The notes under the pieces were generated by a model that was given only the letters and a program-made list of their open reading frames with translations, did not search any database and was not told where the DNA came from. Shown here one piece after another: positions 49,762 through 62,479 of a DNA stretch of 64,000 bases. The DNA comes from Eledone cirrhosa (Eukaryota), in NCBI GenBank assembly GCA_964016885.1, contig OZ024741.1:176390001-176454000 (forward strand), written 5' to 3'. Made by a program: the position numbers and the translations under genes. Numbering within the stretch: position 1 is the first letter of the stretch; the number at the start of each line of letters is the position of its first letter.

Positions 49762-50365
49762 AATAATTGTTTCTACTTTTGGCACAAGGCCAGCAATTTA
49801 CCAGTACATTACTGGTACTTTATTTTATCGACCCCGTAAGGATGAAAGGCAAAGTTAACCTCGGAGGGATTTGATCTCAGATCATAAAGGGACGTTACTC
49901 TATGCTTCAAAGCATGGTGTCCCACCCTCTACCGATACTGCTAATCCCCCAATGGTTTCTGATTTAGGATCAAGGCCAACAATTTTTGGGGGAGGGGGAA
50001 GTCAATTAAATCGACCCCAGTGAGTAACCGGTATTTTATTTCATCGACCCCGTGAGGATGAAAGGCAAAGCTAATCTCGGCGGGATTTACACTGAGAACG
50101 TAAATTGCCTTTGCTCTATGCCGCAAAGTATGTTGCCTGACGCCGAAACGATACTGCTAGTCGATCACCTAATAACGATAATTGTTTCTACATTTGGCTC
50201 AAGGCCATCAATCACCCAGTACATTACTGGTACTTTATTTTATCGACCCCGTAAGGATGAAAGGCAAAGTTAATCTCGGCGGGATTTAAACTCAGACCGT
50301 AAAGGGACGTAACAATGCTGGAAAGCATGGCGTCCGACCCTCTACCAATACTGCCAATCCACCTA
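49762..50365 (-). mobile_element. Three head-to-tail SINE copies
   Basis: Units at about 49762-49950, 49951-50170 and 50175-50365. Confidence 0.85.
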
Positions 50366-50539
50366 ATAACGATAATAAAACCGAAGTATAAATCAACTAG
50401 TTCGTGTGTTTTTATTAAGATTAACCTCCCCAAATATATTAGGTTCACGCTTGGGAAGAAGTATATGAGAATTTCAAAATAACGAAAATACGTCATTCTT
50501 CAGAAAGTAGCAGTAGATCGGAGAAAGAGGGAGATGGTA

Positions 50540-50588
<49 letters not shown>

Positions 50589-50590
<2 letters not shown>

Positions 50591-51612
50591 GGAACAAATA
50601 AGACCCCGACGGCTGAGCTCAAGCCGTTTCGACGGCTAATTCTGTACTGAATGAAAATTTATTCTGGTATTTAAATAGCCGAACATATCAAGGGGTAATT
50701 CCATATATGGTCAAAGAGAGTGTCACCAGGATTGGTCACATCACAAGTTAGTAGTAAATCTGTGATGGCAAGTTAGTGGGAGAAGGGGTAGCTAAACCTG
50801 CCGGTAGGAGAAAATGGGAGAGGGGGTGGGGTAGACCCATTCATGTGTTGGTAGTGCCGGCTACAGCTGAGTGTGAGGTCAAGGAGGATACTGGGGAGGG
50901 GGGGGGAGGTCGAAACGGTAAGTAGAACAATGAAAGGTAAAACTATAAAAGGTGCTGAGAGAGAAAAAAAAATAAAAATAAAAATAAGCAAGATCTGGTT
51001 ACTAAGACTTAAGTCTCTCGCTATTGCTAGGCTAAAGAAATACATAAATAAATAAATAGCTTATTTGCTTATTTATTTATTTATGTATTTCTTTAGCCTA
51101 GCAATAGCGAGAGACTTAGTAACGAGATTTTGCTTTTTTTTTTTTTTTTTTTTTTCTCTCTCAGCACCTTTTATAGTTTTACCTTTCATTGTTCTACTTA
51201 CCGTTTCGACCTCCTCCCCCTCCCCCTCCCCAGTATCCTCCTTGACCTCACACTAAGCTGTAGCCGGCACTACCAACACATGAATGGGTCTACTCCACCC
51301 CCTCTCCCTTTTTCTCCTACCGGCAGGTTTAGCTACCCCTTCCCCCACTAACTTGCCATCACAGATTTACTACTAACTTGTGATGTGACCAATCCTGGTG
51401 ACACTCTCTTTGACCATATATGGAATTACCCCTTGATAAGTTCGGCTATTTAAATACCAGAATAAATTTTCATTCAGTACAGAATTAGCCGTCGAAACGG
51501 CTTGAGCTCAGCCGTCGGGGTCTTATTTGTTCCTATTACCCACTCTACTACCCTAAGTATTGAGTACTTTGGTGCGTTATGGTCCACCTGGTTCCTTACC
51601 ACATTTCATTCG

Positions 51613-51614
<2 letters not shown>
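50589..51614 (+). mobile_element. Family D non-coding fold-back, ~470-bp arms plus ~80-nt tail
   Basis: 50589-51060 is the reverse complement of about 51068-51534; tail to 51614; (TA)n flanks. Confidence 0.9.
51428..51521 (+). ncRNA. Type I hammerhead, U3-A8 core, long loop II
   Basis: acccc TTGATAA g tt cggcta [~37 nt] tagccg t c GAAA cggc ttgagctca gccg TC ggggt. Confidence 0.65.
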
Positions 51615-51674
<60 letters not shown>

Positions 51675-51677
<3 letters not shown>

Positions 51678-51976
51678 TGTATATATAGTGTATTTTGCAA
51701 TACACTGTATGCTTAATTAAAAGCATTTCGAAGACCTTATGCTATTGTTTTAGAGTAGTGACAGTCTCACTTACTTTAAATTTTCAGCAAATAGGGGAGA
51801 TAAAGCCGACAGAGCTATGTTTCGTACTGATTGGTACCTATCAAAGCCAAGTACTCCTCCTGTTTGCTGAAAATCATGAATGTTTGATTCTTATAGAATT
51901 TCAGTTCCTGATTATTACTAGAAATTCTATAAGAATCAAACATTCATGATTTTCAGCAAACGGCTTTATCTCCCCT
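51675..51976 (-). mobile_element. Family B copy with 5' fold-back and decayed HHR (about 51801-51850)
   Basis: Homologous to 44321-44652; GGCU-UUGAUAG-GUAC CAAUCA GUAC-GAAA..UGUC-GGCU; hairpin 51862-51961. Confidence 0.7.
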
Positions 51977-52217
51977 GAAATACCAGTGTCTTGGAATTTA
52001 GCCCCCGCTTGCCCTCTTCCATCCACTGAATATTTTTGTATAAGTTCCCTGGGTCCGCGCATCGCCAGGTATCTTAGCTGAGAATGATTCCCTAATGACG
52101 AAAAGGCTTCTCCATGATCTCCATTTGGAGACTATGTATATTCCCTTTCAGAAACTAATTAGTTGGAGTGAAATTTAATTAAGTAAGCTAATTACTATAA
52201 TTTTCTTATTTTACGTT

Positions 52218-52270
<53 letters not shown>

Positions 52271-52277
<7 letters not shown>

Positions 52278-52368
52278 ATACTTTGGGAGGGTCATGTTGC
52301 CAATAACAATATCGGTTTCAACGCACGTTTTCAGATTAAGAATCTTGCTAAACAAATTCAGAAACGAA
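52271..52368 (+). mobile_element. Minimal PLE footprint: ~35-nt inverted arm + tail
   Basis: tattgttatactttgggagggtcatgttgccaat joined to aacaatatcggtttcaac...ttcagaaacgaa; TA flanks. Confidence 0.8.
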
Positions 52369-53027
52369 ATATATATATATATATATATAATTTGAAGATA
52401 CGTAGCGGGCTGTGTCGTTACTGTAAAGAAAGTGAAAGATAATAATATGAACGTAAGCAAGAGAAGAAACCCTTCATCAGCTGTTAACTGCGATCATCGA
52501 TGTTTCGGCGCTTAAGACAGGATATCGAAATCGATCAGCAGCGCGACCAAGGCCTTTTGTCGATCAAATGGCCACGTGGGAAAGAAAAGAAAAATACATA
52601 TATATATATTCTAATTTTGTTAATTTTACTTGCATCAAACTACATTCTATACGAATCCTACTGACCTGATATAAAATTCTTTACCATGCATTACTTCTGT
52701 GATATTGAAATTTATTGCTTTCCATCTTAACCACACCGGTCTCCTGCCCATTCAACATAGCCCAATTAAAGGCATATATAACGAACACGAGACATATGTC
52801 AACAGTTTGCATAGGGGTACCCATGTACACTCGCATATCTGAAGAAGTCTTGATTAAGAATCGGTATACAATCGCCTGCTCAAACCGGAGGTGTTCGATA
52901 AAAAAAAAACAATTGTAATAGGCAACAAAGTCTCACAAAAAGCTGAAATTCTTATCATCACTTTATATATAATATATATAAATATATATATTATATATCT
53001 ATACACCCCCCCCCCCCACACACACAC

Positions 53028-53300
53028 ACGATGATTTATTATCTCCTCATTACGTTTATTGAGTAGTGACGCGCGTTTTGCCTTGATCAGCTCAAGGTTC
53101 GATCTCTATCTATGTAGCGCCACTCTGGAATCAAAGGTTCGTCAGACCACTGCCCTGGTAATGACAGAATGAAACTGTAGGGCTTAGAAAGACCTACAAC
53201 GATTTACATTCATATATCTATACAGATCGAACCTTGAGCTGAGCAATAGCAAAACGAGCGTCACTACTGAATAAACGTAATGAAGACATAACAAATCGTC
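53028..53300. mobile_element. Fold-back / MITE-like element with ~80-bp inverted arms
   Basis: tcattacgtttatt.agtagtgacgc..cagctcaaggttcgatct pairs with agatcgaaccttgagctg..gcgtcactact.aataaacgtaatga. Confidence 0.65.
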
Positions 53301-53344
53301 CTTGTATTATTATGATAACATTATTACATTATGATAACCTCCCT

Positions 53345-53540
53345 TGGTGGATTAGCGCTTGATTGGCAGTATCGCTAGAGGGCCGGACGCCATTCTTTGA
53401 CGCATAGATTTACAGCCTTTACCATTGTGACTTCAAATGCCGCCTAGGTTAACTTTACCTTACGGGGTCGATAAAATAAAGTACCAGCAATGCACTGGCT
53501 AATTGTTGGCCTTGTGCCCAAAGTAGAAACAATTATTATA
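53345..53540 (+). mobile_element. SINE copy
   Basis: gattggcagtatcg...ggggtcgataaaataaagtaccag...aaagtagaaacaattatta. Confidence 0.8.
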
Positions 53541-53634
53541 ACACCCTGCTTAGTTCTACACCTCTTTACAGATTGGAATCTACCCATCGAGTACTCACGT
53601 GGGTGAACCTACAGTAACTGTACGTTACGGTCCC

Positions 53635-53694
<60 letters not shown>

Positions 53695-53788
53695 TATCTA
53701 TATATATATATGTATACGTATATATATATACATATATATATATATATACATACATAGATAAATATCTATATATATATACAAAGATCGG

Positions 53789-53844
<56 letters not shown>

Positions 53845-54181
53845 TAATAAAAATAATGAATAAAAACAAAGAAACAGTTCCTTATATTAACAAATTCATC
53901 ATTTTACGATCGTTTCTAGGATATATATGTGTGTGTTGGTATGTATATCATATAGATCTATGTAAACATTTTACAAACTATCAAAGGGAATATACATACC
54001 TACACATATATATGCTGTCTTAAGAAATAATATACATATATATACATATACATATATATATAAATGTAAATACATATATATATACATATATATATATACA
54101 TATATATACATATACATATATATATAAATATATATATATGTATATATATACACACACACACACATATCTTATCTTATCTTA

Positions 54182-57100
54182 TCTTATATATAAAGTGAAG
54201 TTGGGTGTTGTTTTTCTGTTTGGTGTCCCGAACTTGCAGGCTACACCATTCATCCGATTTTCATGACACTTGACACATATATAAAGCTCGCCCCGTAGAT
54301 CGGAATAGGCTACTTGAAATCGGGCCCCCAGAAGCCAAAAAAATCGATATTTTCAAAAATCGTCCGATTTCGGTGAAACTCGACGCAAGTCTGTATTTCA
54401 ATCCGGGGATGAACGTGGGCTACATTACATTTTCGAAAAATTGATAATTGGATCACCAGAGGCAAACATTTATATTTACGAAATTTGTCCGATTTTGATA
54501 CGGGGATCTACATGGGGTACTTGAAATTTTCAAAGAATCGATAATCGGACTCCCAGAGGCAAAATTCCGACAACCGAAAAACGCCATTCTTCTTGCTACC
54601 ATTTGTCGCGACTCCCGCCATGCAAAAAACGTTCAATCTCTCAGGATTATCCACCGTATGTCTCTTTAAATTAACGCTCACCATATTCAGCAAACCTTTT
54701 ATGCCGATTGTTCCATTTCTTATATAAGGACTATGAAGACTATACCGCCGCGCATCATCCTGTTATGCGCCCAGTCTTCTCAAGCGATCATCGAGCCTAC
54801 ATGCGCTCTCTTCATTTCCGTGGTCCCTTCCCTGCACGCCTTCGTCCAACTGCATGGTCATGCCTCACCATACCGCATTACTGCCCTATCGGCCACCATC
54901 CCCTTGTCAGCCCTTTCTTTTGGCTGCCCGCCGTGCTCCTTCAAGCCTGCAATGCCTAACCAAGCCGCATCCCTGCCACCATCAAGTCCTGCCCTCTCCC
55001 TTCCCTGCACGCCGTCGTCCCACTGCATCGTCATGCCTCACCATGCCGTATCCATGCTCTGTCAGCCGCCATGCCCTCCCCTGCCCTCTCCCTTACCCGC
55101 ACGCCTTGGTCCTTCACGAGTGCCATGGCTCACCATGCGGAATCCCTGCAACCGCCAATCCTGGCCATCTCCCTTGCCTGCACGCCGTCGACCCACTGCA
55201 TCGTTATGCCTCACCATGCCGCATTCATGATCTGTCAGCCGCCATCCACCCCTCAGCCTTTTATTTTGCCTGCCGTGCTCCTTCAAGTCTGCCATGCCTA
55301 ACCAAGCCGCATCCCTGCCACCGTCAACCCCTGCCCTCTCCCTTGCCCGCCCGCCTTGGTCCCTCACGACTGCCATGGCTCATCATGCGGCATTCCTGCC
55401 TTGTCAGCAACTTGCTCAAATGTCATTAGCATGGTTTATTCCTGCGCCGCACAGAACCGCCCATTATCACAGACCAAAGACAGCACCGAACATGAAGACG
55501 ATCCTGTGTAAGTCTTTTTACATTCATTTTGACCATATTTAACAAAATTAAACAAAAATTCATCCCTTTCTCCTCCAAAGCCTACCGATCATCTATGGCC
55601 GATAAACATCCTGCCTTGCACCCGGTTTTCTCAAACAATCATCGTGCCTCCCGGTGCTCTCTATATTCCCAAGGTGCACCTCAATTGGCATGCGGCATCC
55701 GCGCCCTGTCATCCGCCATGCACCCTGCCCTTTCGTCATGCCTCATCATGTTGCATCCCTGCCCTGTCAGCCGCCATCCACTCCCCGACCCTTTCCACTG
55801 CCTAGGAATGGCAGTCTTGAGGGACTAAGTCGCATCCCTGCCACCGTCAACCCCTGTCCTCTCCGTTCCCAGCACGCCGTCGTCCCACTGCATCGTCATG
55901 CATCATCATGCGGCATCAATGTTCTGTCAGCCGCCATCCCCTACTCGGCTCTTTGTTTTGCCTCCCCGCAGTGCTCCTTCAAGACTGCCATCGCTCACCA
56001 TGCGATATCTTTGCCACCGTCAACGCCTGCCCTCTTTCTTGACTGCTGGCTGTCGTCCCACTGCATCGTCATGCCTCAGGAGGCCGCATCCATGCACTGT
56101 CAGCAACCATCCCCTCCTCGGCCCCTTATTTTGCCTGACCGCCGTGCTCCTTCAAGACTCCCATGGCTATATATGCCGCATCAATTCCTTGCCACCCGCT
56201 TAAACGTCATCAGCATGGCCTATTGTTGCCCCATTTGACCACCGATTTTCGCAGGCTAAACACAATACCAACGTGCACGATAGTCCATGGTAAATCTTTT
56301 TAATTACATGTTCTTCATGCTAAGCAAAGGATGAATAGCAACTCTTTCATTTCTCCTGACATGCCTTTCTGTCAATTATGACCGAGAAGCATCCTGTGTC
56401 GCATCGCGTCTTCTCAAGCGATCAGCGTGCTTTCCACTGTCATCACAATTGACTCACAACACCGCATCTATTCCCTGCGACGCCCCTAAACATCATCAGC
56501 ATGGCTTATTTTTCTGCCGCATTTAACCGGCCCTCATTCAATATTGACACAACAGTCCGTCAGGTTTTTCGGCACATGTTGCTCCGATAGGATATCAACA
56601 TGATTTTCACTTAATTCGTAAGTGTTCAGTCTTCCGTATGCTTTTTATTTTTTATTGATACAACACCGACTACAATCATCTAACTTCCCTTTGTAGGCTA
56701 GACGCGAATCACAAGGAAACCAATACTCTGATATACAACCCCACCACATTATTTGGTCTACCTAGATTGCAATGGCTATATCCTTTGCTTTTGTAAGGTT
56801 GTACATTTGACAATGTCGCAAAACATTATTCCACTTGATTCTTATTTCAGCTATGAATTGGGCAGTGCCTTAAAATCTCGGTTTATTTGCGTGCAATTTT
56901 TTGGTATCTTATGAATGGAGAATCGAAAACCCTTTTTCTCATAACCTGATACATGCGTTACACATGCTCCATTGATGTTTGTGGACTATTTTTTCAAAAT
57001 ACCAATATCACAGATTAGAGCACAAAAAGAAACGTTGTTCTTCATTTATTTCGGTTAAAGCATCCTGCTGGAATTTAGCCCAGACCCGTTTAAATCCAGC

Positions 57101-57832
57101 GCCTTATTACCCCGAGTGTAACCGGGTACACCATCTAGAAAGACAAATGGAAACATTGTTTCTTCGGTCCGATTTGACGAAAGTCGATTTAGTTCCACAA
57201 CTAATTAACAAACCATACTTGAAGACACGTTGAGGCTGTTACAAATGGCAATAACCCTAGACACAATTTTGATCAACTTTTTTTCATCTATAGCAAATTT
57301 ATCGGGACAGGTTTTTAGCTACTCAAATCTACTTCAGAGGTCACGCATTCATGTAAAAAATCAATAAAACTGAAGCGGGGGTTCGACTTTGCGCAAAAAA
57401 CAAGGCAAAGTTGCACATGGGAAAATATTTTACAGGCACGTCCGATTTTCTTTAAAACTGTCGCAAAAGACTCGCCATTATGCCGCGGTTCAGATAAAGT
57501 CCCTTTTATTTCTTCTTCTGCACATGTAAGCGCGAAAATTGTAAAAAAATAAACAACTGTGAAAAAATCGACTTTTTCACTCTGCTTTAAAAATCAACTG
57601 AAAATTCAATTTCAAATGAATTTGACTTCCATCAGTCGTGCAAAGAACAATTTCAACGATACACTGTGATCCTACAATGGATCCATTATTTATGCTCAAT
57701 TACACACCTGCGTCTACTAACCTCTGTTCGAAGGTTTTTGCACCTGAGATGCGCGGGAAGTAACTTTCACACATTTTAACAACAGAGTAATGGTCGACTT
57801 TACAGCCGGGCAACGCCGGGTACTTCTGCTAG
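54182..57832 (+). mobile_element. Non-autonomous Helitron (~3.65 kb)
   Basis: 5' A|TCTTATATATAAA preceded by (ATCTT)n; subterminal GC hairpin ccgggcaacgccgg about 10 nt before CTAG|T; no TSD. Confidence 0.8.
54740..56520. repeat. GC-rich hierarchical minisatellite inside the Helitron
   Basis: Units of about 80-90 bp (ccgtgctccttcaag / ccgtcgtcccactgcatcgtcatgcc) nested in about 800-850-bp higher-order repeats starting near 54750, 55600 and 56385. Confidence 0.85.
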
Positions 57833-57943
<111 letters not shown>

Positions 57944-58763
57944 GTCGTGCCTTTGCTTTTCCATCTACCGAATTCTACTTACAAATCATTGACCACTACA
58001 TATAACAAGACTGATCCTGTCATTAAGTGGTTGCGAAGTGAACACATTAGCCACACAGCCGTATTTGGACTGATGGATATTTTCCCATAAAGAAAATGAC
58101 GATGTAAATATATCATACGATATTTCATTTATATCACAGGCAATATAATTTCATGATGATTTACAAAACGGTTATTTCATGTCTACTGAGAATGGTGAAA
58201 TGCATCAGTATATTTCAGGAGATAGTAGAGTATATAGATCATTTTAGAGGATTCGCGCATTATGTATGTCTACTGTGCATATTAATGTACTGGCACATCA
58301 AACATGGAAAAGGCTTTTCTTTTTTCACTGTAAATATACATTCGTATACACGCGCACACACACGCAAACACGCACACGCAAACACGCGCACACACACACA
58401 CACACACACAAACATATATACATACATAATGTATATATATATATATATAAATACACACATACACACACACACATATATATATACATACACATATAAATAT
58501 AATATCCATATTTCTTTTAGCGGTGACGATCATTGATCTGTAGCCATGATAGAACACTACCTTAATGGTATTTAGTCTATTATTCCTGAACTAGTATACA
58601 TTTCAGTCTGATATTATTTTATATATTTCCAGTTATTGAATGTCTAACTTACCTTTGGCAATAAATGAATGTATCTCTAGAAAGTGGTTTAAATGGTATA
58701 TGCAAACCCATATTCAGGAATCTGCTCGTATGCATACACACACAGACACACTCACACACACAG

Positions 58764-58889
<126 letters not shown>

Positions 58890-59439
58890 TAGTTTGTTCG
58901 TAAATGTGTCTTTGAGTGTGTGTATGTACGTATACGTGGGCATGTATAAAAGTAATTATATATGGACATATAGAGGCAAACATATAAGTGCTGATTTAGT
59001 TGTTTCAGAACCTGACGTTATGCGGTAAAAATCAAACGTTATGAGCGTGGGGTCAAAACATACATTCATATCGCCTTGCATATGCAAAATTCATAATTCA
59101 ATGAAAAATCATGTTTTAATTGGCTTATCGAATGAACTGCAGAAAGATACATATGCGGCCAGATTAAGTTATGAAATATAATATTACATTTTTCCTGACT
59201 AAAAATGAATAATAATTCACTAAAAATAAAACTTATTGTCATATTTATCAAATATATACTTCATATTCAAGATATATGCATATGATAGCAGTTTTCTCAT
59301 ACAGCCCAGCATGGAGAAATGAATGCTAAAATGGGGACATCAAAAATGGAAAGAAAAGAAACCATAGTCTGTGCTGATGAAGAACAAGCACTAATAACTA
59401 ACGATATCAACCATAGAGTAAACCACGAAAGTACTAAGT

Positions 59440-60100
59440 GTAGAATTTGTGGCCTGAATTGAGAAACGGTATGATATAATACCAGTTAATGCACAGCACT
59501 AGCTCAGAAAGAATATAAGAAACGTCACGACAACATAGCAAGTATTGTCCATTGGGTACTTTGAGAAAAGCATGCACGTGACAGAGCAGCAAGTTGTGTG
59601 AAAATAAACCCGAAGGCGTTATAGAAAATGATGAAGCAAAGATTCGGTTGGACTTTGGGATACACAGTGACCAAGGGATTGAGCACAGGTGACCAGATAT
59701 TGTACTAATTGAGAAAGAAAACAAAGTGTTGAGTCATAGATATAATCTGCTCAGCTGATAACTAAGCATGCGATAAAAAGGAAAATATCTTGATTGATAT
59801 GAGCTTGGGAGATTAAGCAGTTCTGGTCATTGAAAAAAGGTGATGGTAATAGCAATAATAGTTGGAAGCTTGGGAACAGTGAGTAAAGATCTTGAGAAGT
59901 ACATCAAACAAATAAAGATTGCAATACGGAAGCAACACTTACAAAAAGCAGCACTGCTTGGAACAGCTCGAATACTCAGGAGGGTACTCGAAAGATAAGG
60001 GTTGTTACGTCAGTTCACTTGTAGTAAACAGCTAACACTGTAATACATCTACAGCATTAGAAGCTGAACGAAGAATTAATAATAATAATAATAATAGAAA
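59440..60100 (+). pseudogene. R4/Dong-like non-LTR 3' end (RLE domain) with (TAA)n tail
   Basis: LAQKEYKKRHDNIASIVHW, KPEGVIENDEAKI, PDIV, LQKAALLGTARILRRVL. Confidence 0.85.
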
Positions 60101-60279
60101 TATTAATAATTGTTTTGATAATGATAATGATTTACTTCAGCGGGTTTACATTTAAAAAAAAACGAACAGAAACCATTTGGACGACCCAGCCCCAAAATAT
60201 AGTGTGTAGTGTGTGTGTCGGTGTGTGGGTTTGCGTGTAAAGAAAGGTCATAATAAAAGAATTTAATAATTGGAATAAC

Positions 60280-62150
60280 GCAATAGGGAGATTTTGAAGG
60301 GCTGCTCAGAGAAACAAAAGGCTTGAAATCTTGGCCGCCCTTATAACTAGTGCAGATGTCCTGTCCCAGTTGGTCTCCTCCAATCGACAGGCGCACACTC
60401 AAAGTGGGCAGGCACGTCCACTCGAGCGATGCTCACCTCTCACCCACCTTTCAAGAAATTGGACGGAATATAGCAATTTTCTTTTCTACCCTGATTTTCC
60501 TCTTCAAGTAAAACGTGAAATGGTAAATCCGGACTTTAACAGAGAGGAAAGTGCTTGACTTTAACACTTTCAGACGTGCCCACGAAACAACCTCTTCTTT
60601 CAGCATGGCCACGAGAGAGATATAAACAGCCTAGGCTTCCTGGTGAAAGAAATGCAGTGAAGCATTCTTATCAGTGGATGCAGCTGATCGCTGGATTCTT
60701 CCGACCAGTAACAGCAAGTGTTTGATATAAAAACACAAGTCAGCATTGCTAAGACACTGGACAAAGTGTATGCAGAACGATTTCGTCTTTCTGTACGCAT
60801 CTCGGACCCGCTCGGTTGACGGTTCTCCCATGTCTATAATGGTTACCCCGAACTGGCAATTCTCCCTGGTAGCACTGTAAGGCCAGGGAATTTTGGAAAT
60901 TATCTATGGGTCTGAAAAGTGTGACTATTTGATTTTCATCGATGCCCCGTTTTTATCAGCCACTAACCCTATCTAGAATTCTGAAGTGGGTATTTCACCG
61001 ATCGTACTGCCCGATTGGTAGAGGGTACAGTGAGCGCTTCAAGATATGTCAGTTTCTTATCGTTCCCTTTCGGTTTCCGCGTAACTGAAGACTGTATCCC
61101 ATTGAAGGAAATGAGCTGGGGAAACACGTGACTAGTGAACCGCAACCACATTTCTTCATCGTTAAGGAAAGATGGGGCTGTCGTAGCCTCAGGGCATGAT
61201 GACGCTTCACCAGCCATGGCATTCCAATTGCTACTCACAAAAGATGTTGACTGCAGATGGAGCGCTTTCATTCTACAAGAAGTGAAATAGTAAACGTTCA
61301 TGTTTAGTGAAAAGGGGCTTAGAAGAAGGCAAGCTGATCAGCCAGTAGTAGATGATGTACACATCGTGTGCATTACTCTTCTCTGCCCAAGCGTTCAGGG
61401 ACAGCTTCCTCCGACCAATTTCTAGGTGAGCGTGGCCAGCCTGATCGTCAGCTCATCTCAGTTTTTGACCATCTTGATGTCTAGGCCAAACCAGTCCCCG
61501 AGGAATTTAACCGGACAGTCTGTCCATCACTTATTGGATGGCATCGACCTGCCTCTTTGAGCTGCAGGCCGACTGACTTTTCCTGGTTAATATTCGTCCA
61601 TGGTATTCCCTCAGAGCAATGCCGATCAATTCATAGTGTTTGGTGCTCGACATTACTACGGTGACGTAGTGGACATATGCTGACACGTATATCCCATGTC
61701 CTAGTAAATACGTGATGCCCCTCAACATCTTCAATTTTTGTATTAGTGACTCGAAATACAATGCATACAACAAGGACGAGCGAGCGCATGAGGTTGAACC
61801 GTTCCGAGAGGTGACCGTTCACTTCAATCACAGAGCAGATATCAATCTGCATACCAGTGACCTATCCTCTGAGAACGGACCCAAAACCGGCTGGTTAGAG
61901 GACCGCCGCCCTATACTGACGGTTGTACCTAGCTACCCTCACTATGATGTATCGCATAAAGTGGAGATTGTTGCGGATACATCTCTTCGAAATGGTTCAA
62001 GTCTGCCCCTCCCTAACCAGATTAGCGACGACATGCACCAAAACGTCTCTAACAGCAAGGCTAACACTTTGCATTTAGTATAGATGGGTCTAAAATTATG
62101 AATATAATTCCTTTTGTTTGTATGCCTTCTCAGCAGTGCCACCGCTCCCC
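60280..62150 (-). pseudogene. Degenerate L1/Tx1-clade ORF2 remnant
   Basis: LLYAL..ESLIQKL, VSAYVHYVTV (decayed SAYADDVTV), WTDCPVKFLGDWFG, RKLSL. Confidence 0.7.
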
Positions 62151-62479
62151 GAGAAAGTGATTTTTCAGCACCCTCTCAAATACCTTAATGATATGAGAGA
62201 CGAATGAGATCGGATGTTAATTCACTGCAAAGGAGTTGTTTCCTGTCATATATGTTCACACACACACACACACAAACACATACACACACACATACACACA
62301 CACACACGTATATAGGTATGTGTGTATACATACATATAAAAAGAGCGAAAGAGAAGGAGAATCAAAAAAGGATTTTCCTTCATTCTGAATGTTTTCTGCT
62401 TAAGATGAATCGCGTATATAAAATATGTTTGTTTGATATCAGTCTTTCAGAATTTATCAAATAATGTATATATGTTTAT

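Noticed and set aside
52470-52520. Permuted hammerhead-like motif (GAAACAUCGAUG...CUGAUGA, minus strand)
   Set aside because: Stem I does not form and the cleavage triplet is out of register.
53150-53186. gccc..GAAACTGTA gggc as a hammerhead
   Set aside because: No CUGANGA or covariant core, and no stem II.
54708-56238. Overlapping Pro/Cys-rich ORFs of 100-194 aa
   Set aside because: Open in several frames because of a GC-rich tandem repeat; no domain motifs.
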